Shown here: positions 55,376-64,000 of the stretch, piece by piece | Numbering within the stretch: position 1 is the first letter of the stretch | How the letters are laid out: the number at the start of each line of letters is the position of its first letter | DNA from: Alphaproteobacteria bacterium | GTDB taxonomy: Bacteria; Pseudomonadota; Alphaproteobacteria; UBA828 | Assembly (NCBI GenBank): GCA_963667785.2 | Contig: CAXXMU010000002.1 | Span: 160,001 to 224,000 of the forward strand | Direction: 5' to 3' | Length of the DNA stretch: 64,000 nucleotides | The notes under the pieces: generated by a model | What the model saw: the letters and a program-made list of their open reading frames with translations, nothing else | Database searches by the model: none | What the model was told of the DNA's origin: nothing | Made by a program: the position numbers and the translations under genes

Positions 55376-55858
55376 CTACCACTTCGCGTGCTTGTAGCGG
55401 CCGGCCCAGTCCACGCCCTGCCAGGTCATCTGCGAATCGGGCTTCATGAAGATGAGCCAGCGGGGCTCCACCAGGGTCGGCTCCAGATACTTCGGTCCGT
55501 TCTCGCCGAGGTAGCGGAGCGACATCTCGGTCGCGATCTCGACCCACTTGCCGCCGGTGTTGGGCTCTTCGACGATCTCGGCCCTGCCCTTCGCCATGAC
55601 CTTCTGCATCGTCTCCCAGATATCCACGCAGATGTGGACGCGCGGGTCGCGCTGGATGTGCCTGGCCCAGACCGAGCGTGCGCGGGGAATGACGTAGTAG
55701 CCGCCGTCGCGATACTGGTACCAGAGCGGCACGATGTAGGGCCAGCCTTCCTCGTCGAGGCAGGCGAGCCGGCAGAGATGTGGCCCCTTGAGGAACTCGC
55801 CGACCTCCTCGTCGGTCATGCCTCCGACCTTGCCGCGCCACGCGTCACCCTCTGCCAT
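55376..55858 (-). CDS. Pyridoxamine 5'-phosphate oxidase-like split beta-barrel (FDOR-like) protein
   Basis: EFL..PHLCRLACLDEEGWPYIVPLWY, I.RDPRV.ICVD, GRAEIV; AGGAGA RBS; divergent from the F420 operon. Confidence 0.78.
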   Translation of the reverse strand: MAEGDAWRGKVGGMTDEEVGEFLKGPHLCRLACLDEEGWPYIVPLWYQYRDGGYYVIPRARSVWARHIQRDPRVHICVDIWETMQKVMAKGRAEIVEEPNTGGKWVEIATEMSLRYLGENGPKYLEPTLVEPRWLIFMKPDSQMTWQGVDWAGRYKHAKW

Positions 55859-56001
55859 GCCGTCTCTCCTTCGACTTGCCGCTGCGCCCTTCCGCCCGCC
55901 GTGGTCCGGCGATGCCGCGCCGATGGGACATGATAGCATGAGCGCAGCGGGCCGGCGGCCATGCCGGCCATGCATGCAACCTGGATCGAGGGAGGCTCCG
56001 A

Positions 56002-56865
56002 ATGCAGTTGGGCGTCGTTTTTCCACAGACCGAGATCGGCAACGATCCCGCCATGGTCCGCGACTACGGGCAGGCGGCCGAGGGGCTGGGCTACGAGCAC
56101 GTCCTCGCTTTCGATCACGTGCTCGGCGGCAACGCCGCGACGCACGATCTGCGCGGGCCCTACAAGCACACCGATGCCTTCCACGAGCCCTTCGTGCTGT
56201 TCGGCTTCCTCGCCGCCGTCACCCGGCTCGAATTCGTCACCGGCATCATCATCCTGCCGCAACGGCAGACCGCGCTGGTCGCCAAGCAGGCGGCGGCGCT
56301 CGACGTGCTCTGCGAAGGCCGACTCAGGCTTGGCGTGGCCGTGGGCTGGAACCACGTCGAGTTCGAGGCGCTGGGGATGGACTACTCCGACCGCGGGCGG
56401 CGCATCGAGGAACAGATCGAGGTCATGCGCCTGCTCTGGACCAGCAAGCTCGTCACCTTCGAGGGGCAGGAGCACCGGATCACCGACGCCGGCCTCAACC
56501 CGCTGCCGGTCCAGCGCCCCATTCCCCTCTGGTTCGGCGGCCACGCCGATACCGTGCTCAGGCGCACCGCCCGGATCGGCGACGGCTGGTTCCCGCTGTT
56601 CACGCCGGACGAGGAAGGCGCGGCCGAGGTCGAGAAGTTCCGCGGCTATATCCGCGAGGCTGGCCGCGATCCGGCGGAGGTGGGAATCGAGACCTGGCTC
56701 AACATGGAGGACAAGACGCCCGAGCAGTGGCGCGCGGAAGCCGTCGGCTGGAAGGCGCTGGGCGCCACCCACTTCTCGGTCAACACGATGAACTCGGGCC
56801 TGGCCGCGCCGCAGGACCACATCGCGGCCATCGGACGCATCAGGGAGGCGCTGGCGGATATCTGA
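56002..56865 (+). CDS. LLM-class (luciferase-like) probable F420-dependent oxidoreductase
   Basis: DHVLG, FHEPFVLFGFLAA, ILPQRQTALVAKQAA.LD, GRLRLGVAVGWN, P.PVQRPIP.W.GG; adjacent to cofE/cofD. Confidence 0.85.
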   Translation: MQLGVVFPQTEIGNDPAMVRDYGQAAEGLGYEHVLAFDHVLGGNAATHDLRGPYKHTDAFHEPFVLFGFLAAVTRLEFVTGIIILPQRQTALVAKQAAALDVLCEGRLRLGVAVGWNHVEFEALGMDYSDRGRRIEEQIEVMRLLWTSKLVTFEGQEHRITDAGLNPLPVQRPIPLWFGGHADTVLRRTARIGDGWFPLFTPDEEGAAEVEKFRGYIREAGRDPAEVGIETWLNMEDKTPEQWRAEAVGWKALGATHFSVNTMNSGLAAPQDHIAAIGRIREALADI

Positions 56866-56883
56866 GCCGCGCGGCGCGCCGCC

Positions 56884-57375
56884 ATGGGTGAGGGCGAGGG
56901 CAGCGCGGCCCTTCTCGGCGACGCCGAGCGCGCCTTCCTGGAGGGCGCCCGCGTCGCTCACCTCGCGACCGCCGATGCGGCCGGCGTTCCCCACGTCGTG
57001 CCGGTCTGCTTTGCGGTCGCCGGCGATACCGTCTACATCGCCATCGACCGCAAGCCGAAGAGCGGCAGGCCGCTCAAGCGGCTCCGCAACATCGCCGAGA
57101 ATCCGTCCGTGGCACTTACCGCCGACTGCTATGACGATGACGACTGGCAGCGCTTGCGCTGGGTCATGCTGCGCGGCCGCGCGGAGATTCTGGAGGGCGG
57201 GGCCGAGCACGCCGCGGCGCACCGGCTCCTCCGTGCCAAGCACAGGCAGTACCGCGCGATGGATCTGGCGCCGCTGGCGGTGATCGCCATCAGGATCGAG
57301 CGGGTCACCCACTGGGGCGCGGCCAGCGTCGGCGGCGCGCGTGACGGGACCGGCGGGCGGGACGCCGCGCGATGA
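56884..57375 (+). CDS. PPOX-class probable F420-dependent enzyme (Rv0121-like)
   Basis: ARVAHLAT.D..G.PHVVPVCFA, IDRKPK...L.RLRNI.ENP.V, YDDDDW..L.WV. Confidence 0.82.
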   Translation: MGEGEGSAALLGDAERAFLEGARVAHLATADAAGVPHVVPVCFAVAGDTVYIAIDRKPKSGRPLKRLRNIAENPSVALTADCYDDDDWQRLRWVMLRGRAEILEGGAEHAAAHRLLRAKHRQYRAMDLAPLAVIAIRIERVTHWGAASVGGARDGTGGRDAAR

Positions 57376-58157
57376 CCGGCAAGGCGCACCGCCCCCGCGC
57401 GCTCTCCCTCTTCGCGCTCCCGGGCATTCCCATGGTGAGGCCGGGCGACGACCTCGCAGCGCTGATCGCGGAAGGATTCGCCCGCACGGGCGAGGCCGCG
57501 GCCGCCGGCGACGTGCTGGTGGTGGCGCAGAAGATCGTGTCGAAGAGCGAGGGACGCTACGCCGTCCTCGCCGCCGTCGAGCCCGGCGAGCGGGCGCGCG
57601 CGCTCGCCCGGCACACCGGCAAGGATCCGCGTCTGGTCGAGCTGATCCTCGGTGAATCGCGGCGGGTGGTGCGCCATCGCCCCAACGTGATCATCGTCGA
57701 GCACCGGCTGGGATTCGTCATGGCGAACGCCGGCATCGACAGCTCCAACGTCGAGCCCGAGGGCGGCGAGGAGCGGGTGTTGTTGCTGCCGCGCGACCCC
57801 GACGGCAGCGCGCGGCGCCTGCGCGAGGACTTGCGGGAGCGCTTGGGCGCGGACTGCGCCGTCATCGTCAACGACAGCGTCGGCCGCGCCTGGCGAGTCG
57901 GCACGGTGGGCCTCGCCCTGGGCGCCGCCGGGCTGCCGTCGCTGCTCGATCTCCGGGGGCGTGACGACCTCTTCGGCCGGCCCCTCGAGGTCACCCTGGT
58001 GGGGCTCGCGGACGAGCTCGCCGCCGCCGCCTCGCTGCTCCAGGGCGAGGCCGACGAGGGCATGCCGGTGGTGGTGGTGCGCGGCCTCAGCCCCGCCGGG
58101 CCAGGCAGCGACGGGACCGCGCTGATCCGCGACGAGGCCGATGACCTCTTCCGCTAG
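57372..58157 (+). CDS. cofE: Coenzyme F420-0:L-glutamate ligase
   Basis: PGDDL, VVAQKIVSKSEGR, ANAGID.SN, LLP.DPD.SA, DS.GR.WR.G, D..GR.LEVT, ADELAAAA, DLFR. Confidence 0.92.
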   Translation: MTGKAHRPRALSLFALPGIPMVRPGDDLAALIAEGFARTGEAAAAGDVLVVAQKIVSKSEGRYAVLAAVEPGERARALARHTGKDPRLVELILGESRRVVRHRPNVIIVEHRLGFVMANAGIDSSNVEPEGGEERVLLLPRDPDGSARRLREDLRERLGADCAVIVNDSVGRAWRVGTVGLALGAAGLPSLLDLRGRDDLFGRPLEVTLVGLADELAAAASLLQGEADEGMPVVVVRGLSPAGPGSDGTALIRDEADDLFR

Positions 58158-58296
58158 AGCGAGCCGGTCTTCGACGGGCTCGCGACAGGCCGCGACCGCG
58201 GCCCGCCGCCCCTGCGGCGCGCCCGCGCAGGCGCCGGCCGGAGGCCGGTCGCCGTGAGCGACAAAGTGCTAGAGCGTTTCCGTGAAGAGCGGAACG
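58154..58296. repeat. Structured intergenic repeat, copy 2 (between cofE and cofD)
   Basis: See copy 1; begins CTAGAGC, which supplies the cofE TAG stop. Confidence 0.9.
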
Positions 58297-58312
58297 ACCA
58301 CGGGACTCCGGG

Positions 58313-59272
58313 ATGAGTGCGAGCTATGTGGCGCTCTCGGGCGGGGTGGGCGGCGCCAAGCTTGCGCTCGGGCTCTGCGAGGCGCTGGAGGATCCCCGCC
58401 GGCTCACCGTCGTGGCCAACACGGGCGACGACTTCGAGCATCTCGGCCTGCGCGTCTGCCCCGACCTCGACACGCTGACCTACACGCTTGCCGGGCTCGC
58501 CAACCCGGAGACCGGCTGGGGCAGGGCGGGGGAGAGCGGCGCCTTCATGGAGGCACTCGGCGCGCTAGGCGGGGAGACCTGGTTCTTCCTCGGCGATCGC
58601 GACCTCGCCATTCACGTCGAGCGGACCCGCAGGCTGCGGGCGGGCGAGAGCCTGAGCACCGTCACGGCAGCTCTCTGCGCGCGCCTCGGCATCCGCGCCC
58701 GCATCGTGCCCATGAGCGACGAGCCGGTGCCGACCGTCGTCGAGACCGACGAGGGTTCGCTTGCCTTCCAGCACTATTTCGTCCGCGAGCGCTGCCGGCC
58801 GAAGGTGCTGGGCTTCCGCCACGAGGGGGCCGAGCGGGCGCGGCCCTGCGCCGCCTTCCTCGACGCGCTCGCCGCATCCGATCTCGGCGCGGTGATCGTC
58901 TGCCCCTCGAATCCATATATCAGCATCGACCCCATTCTCGCGGTCCCCGGCGTCCGCGCCGCGCTCGCCGCCTGCCGGGCGCCGGTGATCGCGGTCTCGC
59001 CCGTCGTCGGCGGGCGGGCGCTCAAGGGGCCCACGGCGAAGATGATGGCCGAGCGCGGCGTCGAACCGGGCGCCGCCGCCATCGCCCGTCACTATGACGT
59101 GCTGATCGACGGCCTCGTGATCGACGAGGCAGACCGGCAGGAGGCAGCCGCCGTCGCCACGACCGGCGTCGCGGTGGAGGTCGCGGCCACGGTGATGACG
59201 AGCCCGGGGGAGAAACGGGCGCTCGCGCAGGCCGTGCTGGCCTTCGCCGAACGGCTCGGAGGGGGAGGCTAG
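58313..59272 (+). CDS. cofD: 2-phospho-L-lactate transferase
   Basis: LSGGVGGAKL, NTGDDF, PDLDT, WF.LGDRD.A.H, PMSD, FQ.YFV, PSNPY.SI, KGPTAK.M. Confidence 0.93.
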   Translation: MSASYVALSGGVGGAKLALGLCEALEDPRRLTVVANTGDDFEHLGLRVCPDLDTLTYTLAGLANPETGWGRAGESGAFMEALGALGGETWFFLGDRDLAIHVERTRRLRAGESLSTVTAALCARLGIRARIVPMSDEPVPTVVETDEGSLAFQHYFVRERCRPKVLGFRHEGAERARPCAAFLDALAASDLGAVIVCPSNPYISIDPILAVPGVRAALAACRAPVIAVSPVVGGRALKGPTAKMMAERGVEPGAAAIARHYDVLIDGLVIDEADRQEAAAVATTGVAVEVAATVMTSPGEKRALAQAVLAFAERLGGGG

Positions 59273-60225
59273 TCGAGCTCGACCGCGTAGGCCGAGGCCG
59301 GCAACGCCTCGGGGATCAGCCCCTGGGCCTGGAGGAAGGTCGCGAAGCGCTCGTAGCGGGCGCTGTCCAGTGCCGCCGGCCTGAGCGCGAAGCGCGGCAG
59401 GGTGTCGCGCCAGGCGCGCTTGTTGAGCTCGTCGTCGAGCTCCTCGCGTCCCCGCAGGAAGAGCCGCCAAGATTCGTCCGGGTGGTTGATGAGGAACTGC
59501 ACGCCGCGCTCGAGCGCGTCGACGAAGCGGCGCAGTGCCGGGTCGTCCCGTCGACCGGTATTGGCGACGACGATCAGCTCGTCATAGGGGGGCACGCCCT
59601 CCTCCTCGATGTAGAAGGCGCGGCCGGGGCGGCCCTCGATGTCCATCTGGTTGAGCTCGAAGTTGCGGTAGGCGCCGATCACCGCATCCACCTGGCCTGA
59701 GATCAGCGACGGAGAGAGGGAGAAGTTGACGTTGACCAGCGTCACGTCGTCGACGCTCAGGCCGTGGCGCTGCAGCATGGCGCCGAGCAGCGCATCCTCG
59801 AAGCCGCCGACCGAGTAGCCGACCGTGCGCCCCTCGAGGTCGGCGATCGACTGCACCGGGCCGTCTGCGAGCACCAGCAGCGTGTTCAGCGGGGTCGCCA
59901 CCAGGGTCGCGATGCGCACGAGCGGCAGCCCCTCCGCCACTTGGATATGGAGTTGCGGCTGATAGGAGACCGCGAGGTCCGCCCTGCCGGCGGCGACCAG
60001 CTTGGGCGGGTCATTGGGATCGGCCGGGGCGATGAGCTCCACCTCCAGCCCCGCCTCGGCGAAGTAGCCGTTCTCCTGCGCGACGAAGAGCGGCGCGTGG
60101 TCGGGGTTGATGAACCAGTCCAGCATCAGGGTGAGCTTGTCCGCGGCGCCCGAAGGCCTGGGCGCGATCGCCAGAGCCAGCGCCAGCGTCAGCGCGGCCA
60201 GGAACGTCGTCGTCGTTCGTTGCAT
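59269..60225 (-). CDS. thiY: NMT1/THI5-type ABC substrate-binding protein (ThiY-like, HMP/thiamine-precursor uptake)
   Basis: LDWF.NPDH, AVSYQP, GAYRNFE, GVP.YDEL; downstream of a TPP riboswitch. Confidence 0.85.
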   Translation of the reverse strand: MQRTTTTFLAALTLALALAIAPRPSGAADKLTLMLDWFINPDHAPLFVAQENGYFAEAGLEVELIAPADPNDPPKLVAAGRADLAVSYQPQLHIQVAEGLPLVRIATLVATPLNTLLVLADGPVQSIADLEGRTVGYSVGGFEDALLGAMLQRHGLSVDDVTLVNVNFSLSPSLISGQVDAVIGAYRNFELNQMDIEGRPGRAFYIEEEGVPPYDELIVVANTGRRDDPALRRFVDALERGVQFLINHPDESWRLFLRGREELDDELNKRAWRDTLPRFALRPAALDSARYERFATFLQAQGLIPEALPASAYAVELD

Positions 60226-60248
60226 CGATCAGCCTCCCTGTCGAAGAG

Positions 60249-60398
60249 CCAGAGCGAATCCGTCATTGACGGATACGCGACAGGCCGCGACCGCGGCCCG
60301 CCGCTTATGCGGCGCCCTCGCGGAGGCGCCGGTCGTAGGCCGGCCGCCGTGAGCGACAAAGTGCTAGAGCGTTTCCGTGCAAGACGGGAACGCTCTAA
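60249..60398. repeat. Structured intergenic repeat, copy 3 (between thiX-like and thiY-like genes)
   Basis: See copy 1; ends in CTAGAGCGTTTCCG...GGGAACGCTCTA palindrome that supplies the permease stop codon on the - strand. Confidence 0.9.
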
Positions 60399-61135
60399 GC
60401 GTCGGCCTGCCAGTGGAGTGCGCGGCGCAGCACGTGGTCGATGACGAAGTAGATCGCCACCGCGAAGACCGCCAGCGTGAGCAGCGCGGCGAACATCAGG
60501 TCGATCTGCATGCGCCCGTTGGCGTGCAGCATGAGGAAGCCGAGGCCGGCGCTGGACCCCACCCACTCGCCCACCACCGCGCCGATGGGTGCCACCGCCG
60601 CCGCGACGCGCACGCCCGATGCCAGCGCCGGCAGCGCCGCCGGCACGCGGATGTGCCACAGCGCCCGCCAGGGACTTGCGCCCATGGCGCGGGCGAGGTC
60701 GAGCCAGCCCGGCTCGGTCCTCCTCAGCCCGTCGAAGAAGTTGGCGGCGACGGGGAAGTAGATGATGAGCGTCGCCATCGCGACCTTGGAGGCGATGCCG
60801 TAGCCAAGCCAGAGCACCAGGATCGGTGCCAACGCGAAGACCGGCACCGCCTGGGACGCGACCAGCACCGGCAGCAGCCAGAGCCGCGCCGGCCGGACGT
60901 AGGTGAGCACCAGCGCGCTGATCACGCCCAGCAGGGTGCCGAGCGCGAGTCCGAGGGCGATCTCCAGCAGGGTGGTCTGGGCATGGCCGAGGATCAGCCC
61001 GACATGCTCCCACCAGGTGGCTCCCACCCGTGCCGGCCCCGGCAGGATGTAGTGCGGCGTGTCGGCCAGCCAGACCACCGCCTGCCAGATCAGCACCAGA
61101 ATGCCGCAGACCGCCGTCAGCCTGAGCGCGCGCAT
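60395..61135 (-). CDS. thiX: ABC transporter permease (ThiX-like)
   Basis: LPGP, QAVPVFALAPILVLW.G.G, PAALP, GEWVGSS.GLG. Confidence 0.82.
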   Translation of the reverse strand: MRALRLTAVCGILVLIWQAVVWLADTPHYILPGPARVGATWWEHVGLILGHAQTTLLEIALGLALGTLLGVISALVLTYVRPARLWLLPVLVASQAVPVFALAPILVLWLGYGIASKVAMATLIIYFPVAANFFDGLRRTEPGWLDLARAMGASPWRALWHIRVPAALPALASGVRVAAAVAPIGAVVGEWVGSSAGLGFLMLHANGRMQIDLMFAALLTLAVFAVAIYFVIDHVLRRALHWQADA

Positions 61136-61150
61136 GCCGGGCCCCGTCCA

Positions 61151-61918
61151 TCAGCCGGGCCGCGGAAAGGCCGCGGCGTCGTCGGCTGCCGTGAGCCGTT
61201 CCAGCAGCTCGGCGTGCAGCGCCTGCAGGGTGCGTTCGCCCGGCCTGCGGGGCGGTGGGCCGTCCGGCGCGGGCGCGGGCTGCAGCGTCGCCGGCCGACC
61301 GGCCATGACGTAGATGCGCTCGCCCAGCCTGAGCGCCTCCAGCGGGTCGTGGGTGACGAGCAGCACCGTGCGCCCGGCGAGCAGGCCGGCGGCGAGCTCC
61401 TGCAGCCTGGCTCGGGTGATCGCGTCGAGCGCGGAGAAGGGCTCGTCCATGAGCACGATGGGCCGGTCCTCCATCAGGGTGCGGGCGAGCGCCACCCGCT
61501 GACGCATGCCGCCGGAGAGCGTGCGCGGCAGCGCGTCCGCCTCGGCGCCGAGGCCGACGCGCTCCAGCAGCGCGAGCGCCCGCGCCCGGTCGGGCCTCTC
61601 GCCCCTGAGCCTCGCGCCGAGAGAGACGTTGCCGAGCGCGCCCAGCCACGGCATCAGCAGGTCCTGCTGCGCCATGTAGGCGACAGGCGCGTCGTCCCGC
61701 ACGGCGAGCGCGCCGCCCTCCAGCCGTTCCAGGCCTGCGATGACCCGCAGCAGGCTCGACTTGCCCACGCCGCTCGGCCCCAGCAGGCAGGTCCAGCGGC
61801 CCTGCTCGAGGGCGAGGTCCAGCCCGTCGAAGAGCAGCGCGCCTTCGAAGCCGAAACGCGCGCCCTCGATGCGGACGGCGTGGTCCGGGCGGGAATGGGA
61901 GTCTGCTGGCGGGGTCAC
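61151..61918 (-). CDS. thiZ: ABC transporter ATP-binding protein (ThiZ-like)
   Basis: GPSGVGKS, LSGGMRQRVALAR, MDEPFSALD, VTHD. Confidence 0.85.
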   Translation of the reverse strand: MTPPADSHSRPDHAVRIEGARFGFEGALLFDGLDLALEQGRWTCLLGPSGVGKSSLLRVIAGLERLEGGALAVRDDAPVAYMAQQDLLMPWLGALGNVSLGARLRGERPDRARALALLERVGLGAEADALPRTLSGGMRQRVALARTLMEDRPIVLMDEPFSALDAITRARLQELAAGLLAGRTVLLVTHDPLEALRLGERIYVMAGRPATLQPAPAPDGPPPRRPGERTLQALHAELLERLTAADDAAAFPRPG

Positions 61919-62012
61919 GTCTCGTTTCCTACGCCGGTCCTAACCGGATCAGGTTCAAGGGGTCGTCGGGGCGGGTCCGACCTCTCAGCCGCGATGGGCT
62001 CCCCCAGAGCGG
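61919..62012 (-). ncRNA. TPP riboswitch
   Basis: Minus strand reads GGGGGAGCC...GGCTGAGAGGTCG...GACCCCTTGAACCTGATCCGGTTAGGACCGGCGTAGGAA, the THI-element consensus, upstream of thiZXY-like genes. Confidence 0.93.
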
Positions 62013-62080
62013 CTCCGATCATGGCGGAGCGGTCGTTTTGTTGCAAGCGCGCTGGCTTGCTTCTTCAGATCCCTCAGTCG

Positions 62081-62187
62081 CCGGGCGCTCGCTCCGCTCG
62101 CATCGCGCGCCCCCGCGCGCGTATCGGCGCGACGCTACGCGCCTTCGGCGCGCGGCGCGGTCGCGCCGTCCGGGCCTGCGGCCCGGC
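62081..62187. repeat. GC-rich multi-hairpin (REP-like) element between the thi leader and recO
   Basis: Nested stems GGCGCGAC/GTCGCGCC, CGCGC-CTTCG-GCGCG, CCGGGC-CTGCG-GCCCGG; single copy in the window. Confidence 0.4.
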
Positions 62188-62247
62188 TCCTCTCATGTGC
62201 TACACCTCGACTGCCGCCGGTCACCGGCACCGATTCGAGGACAGGCG

Positions 62248-62991
62248 ATGGAATGGAGCGATACGGGCATCGTCCTCTCCGCCCGCCGCCACGGAGAGAA
62301 CGCCGCCGTCGTCTCGCTGCTGACCGAGCATCACGGCCGCCACGCCGGCCTCGTGCACGGCGCGCGCGGCCGCCGGGCGCGCGGGCTCTACCAGCCGGGC
62401 AACACGCTGGCCGCCCGCTGGCAGGCGCGCCTTGCGGAGCATCTCGGCCGCTACACCTGCGAGCTGGTGCGGGCGCGAACAGCCGTGCTGCTGGACGATG
62501 CGCCCAGACTCGCCGCGCTCGCAGCCGTCTGCGCGCTGGTCGAGGCGACGCTGCCCGAGCGGCATCCCTACCCGCAGGTCCATGGCGCTCTCCTGCACCT
62601 GCTCGACGACCTGGAAGCGGGCGAGCGCTGGGCCGAGACGGTGGTCCGCTGGGAGCTCGCCCTCCTGGCGGAGCTCGGCTTCGGCCTCGACCTCTCCGCC
62701 TGCGCGGCCACCGGCACGATGCAGGACCTCGTCTACGTCTCGCCCCGCAGCGGGCGCGCCGTCTCGCGCGAGGCCGGCGCGGCCTACGCAGAAAAGCTGC
62801 TACCGCTCCCGGCCTTCCTGGCGTGGCCGGGAGACTCCCCCGGCGCCGCCGTTCCCGCCGCCGACATCGTCGCAGGGCTCAGGCTCACCGGCTGGTTCCT
62901 CGAGAAGCACGTGTTCGCAGGACAGGGCGGGCGCATGCCGCCGGCCCGCGAACGCTTCGTCGATCGCCTGCAGGCGGGCTCCGAATCCTAA
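62248..62991 (+). CDS. recO: DNA repair protein RecO
   Basis: MEWSD.GIVL..R.HGE, GR.AGLV.G, QPGN, W.ARL.EHLG, LGFGLDL..CA.TG, YVSPRSGRAVS. Confidence 0.95.
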   Translation: MEWSDTGIVLSARRHGENAAVVSLLTEHHGRHAGLVHGARGRRARGLYQPGNTLAARWQARLAEHLGRYTCELVRARTAVLLDDAPRLAALAAVCALVEATLPERHPYPQVHGALLHLLDDLEAGERWAETVVRWELALLAELGFGLDLSACAATGTMQDLVYVSPRSGRAVSREAGAAYAEKLLPLPAFLAWPGDSPGAAVPAADIVAGLRLTGWFLEKHVFAGQGGRMPPARERFVDRLQAGSES

Positions 62992-63021
62992 ACCGTGCCG
63001 CGCTATGCTATAGCGGCGGCC

Positions 63022-64000
63022 ATGGCGCGAATCGCATCGGACGACGCGAACGGGGGCACGGTCCAGCCCGTGCCCTTCGGCGATGCGCTGAGCGAACGCT
63101 ACCTGGCTTACGCGCTCTCCACCATCACCGCGCGCTCGCTGCCCGACGTGCGCGACGGGCTCAAGCCGGTCCAACGCCGCCTGCTCTATGCGATGCGGGC
63201 GCTGAAGCTCGACCCGGACGCGGGCTTCAAGAAGTGCGCACGCGTGGTGGGCGACGTGATCGGCAAGTATCATCCCCACGGCGATGCGGCGGTCTACGAC
63301 GCCCTGGTGCGGCTCGCGCAAACCTTCGCCGCGCGCTACGCCCTGGTCGAGGGGCAGGGCAATTTCGGCAATGTCGACGGCGACAACGCCGCGGCCATGC
63401 GCTACACCGAGGCGCGGCTGACGGCGGTGGCGCAGGCCCTGCTCGACGGACTCGACGAGGACGCCGTCGATTTCCGCGAGACCTACGACGGCGGCGATGC
63501 CGAGCCGGTGGTGTTGCCGGCCGCCTTCCCCAACCTGCTCGCCAACGGGGCGACGGGCATCGCCGTCGGGCTCGCCACCAGCATCCCGCCTCACAATGCA
63601 GGCGAGCTCTGCGATGCGCTGACGGCCCTGCTGAAGGACTCCCGGCTTTCCGCCGACGCCCTGGTGACGCTGGTGCCGGGGCCGGACTTCCCCACCGGCG
63701 GCGTGCTGGTAGAGGACCGCGCGCAGGTCGCCGAGGCCTATGCCACCGGCCGGGGCGGCTTCCGCGTCCGCGCCCGCTGGGCGAGGGAGGACCTGGGCCG
63801 CGGCCAGTATCAGGTCGTGGTTACCGAGATTCCCTATCAGGTGCAGAAGGCGCGCCTGATCGAGCGCATCGCCGAGCTTCTCCAGGCCAAGAAGCTCGCG
63901 CTGCTGGCCGACGTGCGGGACGAATCGGCCGAGGACGTGCGCATCGTGCTCGAGCCCCGCAGCCGCACCGTCGACGCCGGGCTCCTGATGGAGATGCTGT
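63022..64000 (+). CDS. parC: DNA topoisomerase IV subunit A (runs off the window)
   Basis: Manual translation: [71 protein letters not shown]; recO-parC linkage typical of alphaproteobacteria. Confidence 0.92.
   Translation, partial: MARIASDDANGGTVQPVPFGDALSERYLAYALSTITARSLPDVRDGLKPVQRRLLYAMRALKLDPDAGFKKCARVVGDVIGKYHPHGDAAVYDALVRLAQTFAARYALVEGQGNFGNVDGDNAAAMRYTEARLTAVAQALLDGLDEDAVDFRETYDGGDAEPVVLPAAFPNLLANGATGIAVGLATSIPPHNAGELCDALTALLKDSRLSADALVTLVPGPDFPTGGVLVEDRAQVAEAYATGRGGFRVRARWAREDLGRGQYQVVVTEIPYQVQKARLIERIAELLQAKKLALLADVRDESAEDVRIVLEPRSRTVDAGLLMEML

Noticed and set aside
53390-60398. CRISPR interpretation of the repeated sequence
   Set aside because: Copies are ~150 bp, kilobases apart, with no spacer periodicity and no cas genes

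Overview
High-GC alphaproteobacterial chromosomal segment (Rhodospirillales-like gene order; taxonomy is inference). 1-17.3 kb: a tightly packed + strand catabolic cluster with an amidase, hydantoinase/oxoprolinase A+B, an SDR, a Mo-hydroxylase M-S-L, IclR, a pyruvoyl-type histidine decarboxylase (hdcA), a PotABCD-like ABC importer and a histamine dehydrogenase-like flavoprotein. This is the most striking item and is a candidate undescribed histidine -> histamine -> imidazole-ring catabolic route. Next come ilvA and tRNA-Pro(CGG), then a flavin monooxygenase followed by three tandem Mo-hydroxylase gene sets (M-S-L, L-S-M, M-S-L), a low-GC HhH-GPD-like gene, an Ada/Ogt-type gene and a BrnT/BrnA toxin-antitoxin pair. 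34.4-50.1 kb is core housekeeping on the - strand (yebC-ruvCAB-ybgC-tolQRAB-pal-cpoB-tilS-ftsH-folP-glmM-thiD). 50-64 kb holds small accessory enzymes, an F420 locus (LLM, two PPOX-fold proteins, cofE, cofD), a TPP-riboswitch-controlled thiZXY-like transporter, recO and the 5' part of parC. A ~150-bp structured intergenic repeat with compensatory stem changes occurs three times (53.4, 58.2, 60.3 kb). All assignments come from motif recognition and recalled family knowledge, not database searches.
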